The notes beneath the pieces are model-generated. The model searched no databases. It was not told the DNA's origin and worked only from the letters and a program-made list of their open reading frames with translations. A DNA stretch of 64,000 bases from Plasmodiophora brassicae (Eukaryota). Each line of letters begins with the position of its first letter. Within the stretch, counting starts at the first letter, position 1. Position numbers and translations under genes: made by a program. Of this stretch, positions 59,701-64,000 are shown piece by piece. The DNA lies in NCBI GenBank assembly GCA_036867785.1, contig CP145416.1:186001-250000 (forward strand). The letters run 5' to 3'.

Positions 59701-61945
59701 TTGTAGAACAGGACGCACGCCTTGGAGTTGTACTCGCCGCCACCGTCGGTCTGGAACGTCCGGATACCACGTCCTTCCTGGTTGCGAAGACGCGCGTCAT
59801 AGTGCTTGATGACGTCGAGCGCCTCCGATTTGCGACGTAGCAGATAGACGGACAGGTACCGAGAGGAATCGTCCAGCATGGTCTGGTAGTACTCAAAGCC
59901 GCCGACACCGACGACAGGCCACCGTCCGGACAGATCGCTATGGACGAGATCGCCAACACGACGCGCGCGCGACGTACTGGGAGGGAATGATGACCGTTTG
60001 CCCTTGGCGAGTAAACATGCAGCGCATGGACATCGATCTTGCGGCCTCGGGATTGGCCCGTCGAACTTCATGCCACGACAACGTTTGTGCAGGATGCGCA
60101 GGTTGCCGTAACCCAGGTGGCCGGTTCGAGCGTGCCAGACAGCTGGAGCTGCGGCGGTGACCTTAGCGACGCGGCATGAGACGCTGGATGCGATCAAGGA
60201 GCAGACTCGGGCAGAGTGAAGTGTGCCGGGCGCGGAGGTTGGAGCGGATAATGGAACCCGGTACAGGTTATCGTGTCCTCGTTGACTGACGGCCACTGGC
60301 TGACCGACGGGCGCCGTCCAGTTGGCCCCCGAGTAGATCTTCGCGGTATCGCCGTCGAACACGATCTTGTGACCTGATCTGGTGAGCTGGCCAACTGATA
60401 CTAGCGCTTGGCCAAGTCGGGGAACGTGCAGCGAATCGATACTCGTCGCCTGGACATCCATGCCGAATGACGTCACGCCTCGACCGGAAGTGGTCGTACG
60501 CGACAGATCGGCTAGCTCAACTTCCGGTCCGGTGCCTTGGCGATAGCAGCTGAGATGTCGGCGCAGGGGCGTCATCGTCGTGGAACACGCTGAGTCCAGT
60601 AGGCCTACTGAGTTCGCGTACACGTCGATGGCGTGGCGTGCCGACAAAGCACGCATCGGCTCGGGCGCCGGATCGATCGGATGAGCGCCAGACGTTGGAT
60701 ACTCGTTGGACGTTGGTGAGGATGTATTGCTTTTCGCGTTGCTGTCGCGGTACCAGATGTGTCGTTGCAGCGTGCATTCGCCGTTAGTGTGCTTGGATCC
60801 GGGATGGAAGACGCAGGACTCGTTGCGTCGTGGTCCACGGGGACGCGTCGATGTGGCGCAACTGGAGCGGTTGGCCGTTTGGAACGCGTCGTGTCGGTCC
60901 CGCACGTCTTGGACCCTGATCTCCTCGCTTGTCAACGACCCGACGACCTCGGAGACACTGGGCAGCGTGTCCAGAGCACGATTGTGCAGGCCAGCGACGA
61001 CGGCGTCGAGATCGGATGATGCGTTGGCCAAGATGAGGACGGCGACCAATGCGTCGGTGAGGGACAGCATCTCGGTCGGTACCGTCGACCGGACGCGATG
61101 AGCCGCTGCTTGAACTCGGGCGGCGTACGTGGCGACCGACTCGCCGGGCATGTGCTGGACCGTGACGAGGTCGCGGACGGCGCGCACGACCGATGCCAGC
61201 GACGACGGGCTGTACGCCTGGAACAGCACGCGCCAGCACTTGGCAGCCGAGCCTGCCTGAAACAAAGACAATGCGGACGCGATCTTGTGGTCCAGCATGT
61301 GGACGAGTAGAATCTCGCGCGCGGCTGCCTCGAGAGCTGGGTCGTGTGCCGTACCGGTTGTCGCAGTCGGCGAGCCATCTTCGTTGATCCCGATGACGTC
61401 CGCGTACCCACGATTGCGAAACCAGAGTGCAGCTGTCTGAACCCAGGACGTGAACGAGTCGGGAGTACCGTCGAACTTGGGCATGGGCAGTCGGCCTGCG
61501 TCGCTTCGGCTGTGCGCCTCGGCGATGATCGGCATGGCCGGGGTCGATGGACAGCTGGTCGGACGCGCCAGCTGCTGCTGCAGGACACGGAGACGGTCGA
61601 TCTTCTCCTGCCTGGCGATCGTTGCCTCCGCTTCGGCAATTCGGGTGTCGATCTCCTCGAGCGACAGATGACGCAGCGGGTCGTCATCCGTGTTAGGCGT
61701 CGCCTGGCGCTCGGCCATGGCGAGTAGAGGCTCAGCGCCTGCGCCTATACGACTGTTAATCTGAGAAGGACAATAATGAAGTGGATGTATTACGTACGGC
61801 GTGTGCGGCGGACGTTACAGTGGCGACGTAGTCGCCGACGGTGTAACGGTTGCCAACGCCGGCGGGCACGGAGTCGCGGAGTTCGTGACGGCGTTCACGT
61901 GCTGCAGGCATGTGCTGCTGGTCGTAGTGGATACGTTGTTCGACA
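56710..61945 (-). mobile_element. Full-length Ty1/Copia LTR retrotransposon (LTRs 56710-56893 and 61762-61945, TSD TAGAT)
   Basis: 184-bp LTRs that appear identical, TG...CA ends, 5-bp TSD, PPT GGAGGGGG and an uninterrupted gag-pol. Confidence 0.95.
56763..61718 (-). CDS. Copia gag-pol polyprotein (gag-PR-IN-RT-RNaseH), 1651 aa
   Basis: LLDSAC (PR), WHARTGH..CAAC, VHSDL/TDGGGEY/PEQNGRAE (IN), ARLCAQGF/KALYGTKQ/HTDD (RT) and YADADWA (RH). IN lies before RT. Confidence 0.95.
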   Translation of the reverse strand: MAERQATPNTDDDPLRHLSLEEIDTRIAEAEATIARQEKIDRLRVLQQQLARPTSCPSTPAMPIIAEAHSRSDAGRLPMPKFDGTPDSFTSWVQTAALWFRNRGYADVIGINEDGSPTATTGTAHDPALEAAAREILLVHMLDHKIASALSLFQAGSAAKCWRVLFQAYSPSSLASVVRAVRDLVTVQHMPGESVATYAARVQAAAHRVRSTVPTEMLSLTDALVAVLILANASSDLDAVVAGLHNRALDTLPSVSEVVGSLTSEEIRVQDVRDRHDAFQTANRSSCATSTRPRGPRRNESCVFHPGSKHTNGECTLQRHIWYRDSNAKSNTSSPTSNEYPTSGAHPIDPAPEPMRALSARHAIDVYANSVGLLDSACSTTMTPLRRHLSCYRQGTGPEVELADLSRTTTSGRGVTSFGMDVQATSIDSLHVPRLGQALVSVGQLTRSGHKIVFDGDTAKIYSGANWTAPVGQPVAVSQRGHDNLYRVPLSAPTSAPGTLHSARVCSLIASSVSCRVAKVTAAAPAVWHARTGHLGYGNLRILHKRCRGMKFDGPIPRPQDRCPCAACLLAKGKRSSFPPSTSRARRVGDLVHSDLSGRWPVVGVGGFEYYQTMLDDSSRYLSVYLLRRKSEALDVIKHYDARLRNQEGRGIRTFQTDGGGEYNSKACVLFYNESGILHRKSVPYTPEQNGRAESVNHTLCGIESSIRCHSRMPDSTWPWSLSYSAILYNIHPRSVLPGRRTSFEAARRALPNISALRVYGCDAYAMRPHPATKKPSKLEPRRVRAVFIGFTPGMKAWRFYDVDREDTFESTTAEFLETSFTFGFGRSSPASSSSAPPSSPESSSAPNVDTIVPTPVSSDAVMAPLPSTSASSLAASPPEPPSPAAASSPSEIVRPSRSPSPDDVSTDEDDDDAEDDPDYEGSASSNDSPNEAADPDVHDNSDAADIVDHNVIDVPRPRRSNRRRQPPGEWWKAPEAANRSSTRWSSTVDAWFQNPTLTFPTQRPPRRSRRLIRHWQQVEERRLIDQAIRSNRPTCRGAAAKACRAKVSAPIDPARLPRPDLSKLKATDIPVPNSMADALSSPFAGHWWDAAVTQMATLDAKDTFGPLIDLPKSKIAVGAKWVFRVKSSLSGNGGIRKFTARLCAQGFRQRPGIDFDDTFAPTARATAFLVILALAAQHGLHLRQVDWVAAYLNADMLHDVYIRQPDGFTDHHVPYRVRQLQKALYGTKQGAERWYKTLREMLLSLGFESIIADPCVFRYDRDGKFMIMSVHTDDGLLAYNDVPFAESVLEKLSTMAEITDQGEPSTLLGMRIRREPGTGAITLDQAEYIEKVLSDFNMSHCHPVDTPHQPGVHLSTTMSPQSDLDRDEMATKPYLKLIGCLTWLAHRCRPDIAYITNVLAQFSSNPGIQHWRAGQRVLKYLAGTMTHGIRYERQPEDRLIAYADADWASDPDTRRSRSGHIILLAGGPVHWQSRRQDLGAVKVSLSSTHAEIKSLCAVTRQLAWIRSFLTEIGFARSSPTIVYEDNQGAKAWSGYRRMDDRTKDIEVQFHYTREAVEASLIVVHKCPSAEMAADYLTKPALSTSYHANLLLAGIIDTSPRPCAAGGGVSNNVSTTTSSTCLQHVNAVTNSATPCPPALATVTPSATTSPL

Positions 61946-62755
61946 TAGATGAAGCGGGAGACGCCAGTTGACGCTCGGGAACAGCCGAGCGCGATAGAAA
62001 CCCATTTCCGGGTAGAAACCGGTCGTTCAGAGTGGAACACACGTTCAAGTGCGACCTCATTCGGGTTGTCGTCGCGGTAACATCACAACCGCAGTGGTTG
62101 CACACACAACGACGCTCGCCGCCGTCGGCTCCTTCATCGTCTCTGGGCTGATACGGGGCTGCGAAGTGCTGTCTTAGAGCCGCAATATCGATAGCTCGCG
62201 GTCGCTCTGGTGCGCTTCGCCGGCCTTGGCATCTCGTGCTCACGTACGGCAGACACAGTGAGACTGTGAAACTGACGAAGTAACCGTGGTGACGTGGTCC
62301 GTTCGGACTAGAGTACGGGCGTTTCGCGGATTTTCGGAGGCCGCGCACCACTGGGTATGACGCCTTATGACGGAGGCCCTCAGGGATGACGTCATATGAC
62401 GTCATATATTATGACAGGGCCGTGCGATACTGCCTATGTCTTCGTCGTCCCCTGCCGGGCGGCTCCGTGCGCCGTGCGCCGTGCGCATAAAAAAAAGTCC
62501 GCACTGCGCACTTTGGCGCCCGCGGACTGCAGTCTGCGATTTATTGCGTCTTCAGCACTAAATGAAACTCCTACGGTGATTTTGCGACGCACTCGAATTG
62601 CGACGCAGCGGCTGACCCAGCCGTCTATCGCAGCGGTAGCCGTTTGACGACAACTCTTCACAGGTCGTCGACCGATTATCCGATCCGATGCCCCGAAGGC
62701 CGAAACCCGATCCGCCGTGGACGTTTCGGTCGCAGCATTTGCTAATTGCCAGTCA

Positions 62756-63934
62756 TGTCAGCGCCCATGGGCACGCCGGAGGATGTCACCTTCCCGATGG
62801 AGTTCAGGATAACTGTTCGGGACTTCATGGGCAACAAGGCGGCTCCTGTTATCGAGTCAAGCTGGAAGGTTCGTGTCCGTAACTACCGTGACCTGGTGGC
62901 ACAGGTCTGGGAAAAAGTTAGTGGGTGGATCCAAGGCGAAGCCGTATTTGACGGGGACGGCAACGACGACCGCGTCCGTCGATGACCTTGAGAAGTACGT
63001 CTTGTTAGGCGACGAGAAGCAGAAGAGAACATTCCATATGTCGCATCTCACCGAGCAAAAGACGCTAAACAGTGCGCGAGACCGCGTCTGGCATCTGTAT
63101 GTGCACAGATATTCTATGTCGGTCAGTTCCGCCGAGCTGTATCGGCGACTGAAGCACCGGCTTCTAGAAGCCGAGCAAGATCGCTCGGGGGCGGCAACTA
63201 CCGCGGTAGTGGCGGCGCGGGCGCGGACGCTACAGCAGCTCCACCCTGATTTCAAGGTGTTCGAGGTCAATTGGTTCCAATGGAAGCCTTCCAAAAGTGA
63301 CTTACACGGCATTTTAGATTAGATCTAGTTGGCCTCGGAGAAAGAATGTAAATGCGGAATGTAGTGGGAAGGCGAAGTCGGACTGCGCACAGACAAATGT
63401 AAGATTGTAAGAATCTGCGTCTGGTATCTAAGAAGACCGTTTCGCGGTCTCCGCAGATCTAAGACGGATCTTAGAACAGATCTAATTCGCTCAGATTGCG
63501 GATCTTAGGCGACGCAGATTCGTGATCTAAGGTATTTTTGGAAGGCATCCAATGGACAATGTGGATTGAAAGTCTTCCACTTCATGTTCGCTATGACAAA
63601 TCTCGCCAGCCTCCACCCCCACACACAGGCAGCATATCGGCTACAGCGGGGCTACAATTCTGCGGAGGAGCTACAAATCGGCTACATTAGTGGACACATT
63701 GGTGACATTTTCTTCCGCCTGCCCAAGGAGTGCGCTGATGGGGGGGGATATTGCCGCTATTGTTCGAAATGCAAAATGCGCGATGGAAACAATAGCGCAG
63801 CGCTTCAGTTCGAACGAACCGTAGCCGATAGCTCCGCCCGGGTAGAGCGGGGCTCTATATTTGGCATCCCGTACATCAACGCGCTGCCGTCTCGCTTGAC
63901 GCTTGTCACGATCGGCAGTCCACCGGATCACTGA
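62756..63934 (+). pseudogene. Frameshifted, MITE-interrupted ORF, probably transposon-associated
   Basis: Frameshift near 62960. DRSGAA...LQQLH...WFQW|TMWIESL...PPPPH reads in frame once the 63285-63547 insertion and one TSD copy are removed. Confidence 0.5.
63285..63547. mobile_element. MITE, 263 bp
   Basis: TIR GCCTTCCAAAA/TTTTGGAAGGC. Flanking direct repeat TCCAATGGA (63276-63284 and 63548-63556). Internal GATCT(A/T)AG repeats. Confidence 0.8.
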
Positions 63935-64000
63935 GGCTGGCGCGGACCAAACGGACTGCGCGAGAACCGTAGCAGATTTTGCATTTTGGATGAAAACGAG

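Larger units (their letters stand above)
54590..62424 (-). mobile_element. hAT transposon (BED finger + DUF659-type transposase), decayed and split by a Copia insertion
   Basis: TIRs CA(T/C)GGCCCTGTCATA. 8-bp TSD cgataccg/cgatactg. GGCGTCATA subterminal repeats. Peptides CNHC...RMRSHLNVC, LTTDGWSN and ASSNGGERNF...RN. Confidence 0.88.

Noticed and set aside
61730-61765. Possible tRNA-Asn gene
   Set aside because: Only an anticodon-arm fragment with no T-arm or acceptor stem; interpreted as a PBS.

Overview
GC-rich, gene-dense eukaryotic DNA. Introns are short (~55-65 nt, GT-AG, CTGAC/CTAAC branch points), and there is a flagellar gene (CFAP299). This organisation is most consistent with a plasmodiophorid such as Plasmodiophora brassicae (inference only). 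Positions 1-52 kb carry mostly housekeeping genes: eIF2B-beta, an MBOAT acyltransferase, two tandem DEAD-box helicases, quinone oxidoreductase, a SMARCAL1-like ATPase, CFAP299, a membrin SNARE, CPSF160, listerin/LTN1, ethanolamine kinase, SEC11, HINT, PTRHD1, GST, an XRRA1-like LRR protein and RRP8. Interspersed accessory loci: (i) four tandem HSF-domain transcription factors with an altered recognition helix, each preceded by the same CGTGA(C/G)TCA AP-1-like site; (ii) a tandem pair of signal-peptide + U-box proteins (candidate secreted E3 ligases); (iii) a probably catalytically dead DEAD-box paralog next to its active copy; (iv) a secreted/GPI-like orphan flanked by a decayed copy of the eIF2B-beta 3' end. 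From ~52.7 kb there is a nested transposon island. An old hAT remnant contains a mini chromovirus (5-bp TSD, internal ~170-bp-arm hairpin) and a second hAT (TIRs, 8-bp TSD). The second hAT contains an intact Copia element with apparently identical LTRs, whose primer-binding site matches the anticodon arm of tRNA-Asn (half-tRNA priming geometry). A MITE interrupts a decayed ORF at the window end. Exon boundaries and starts were read by eye and are approximate; family assignments come from recalled motifs, not database searches.
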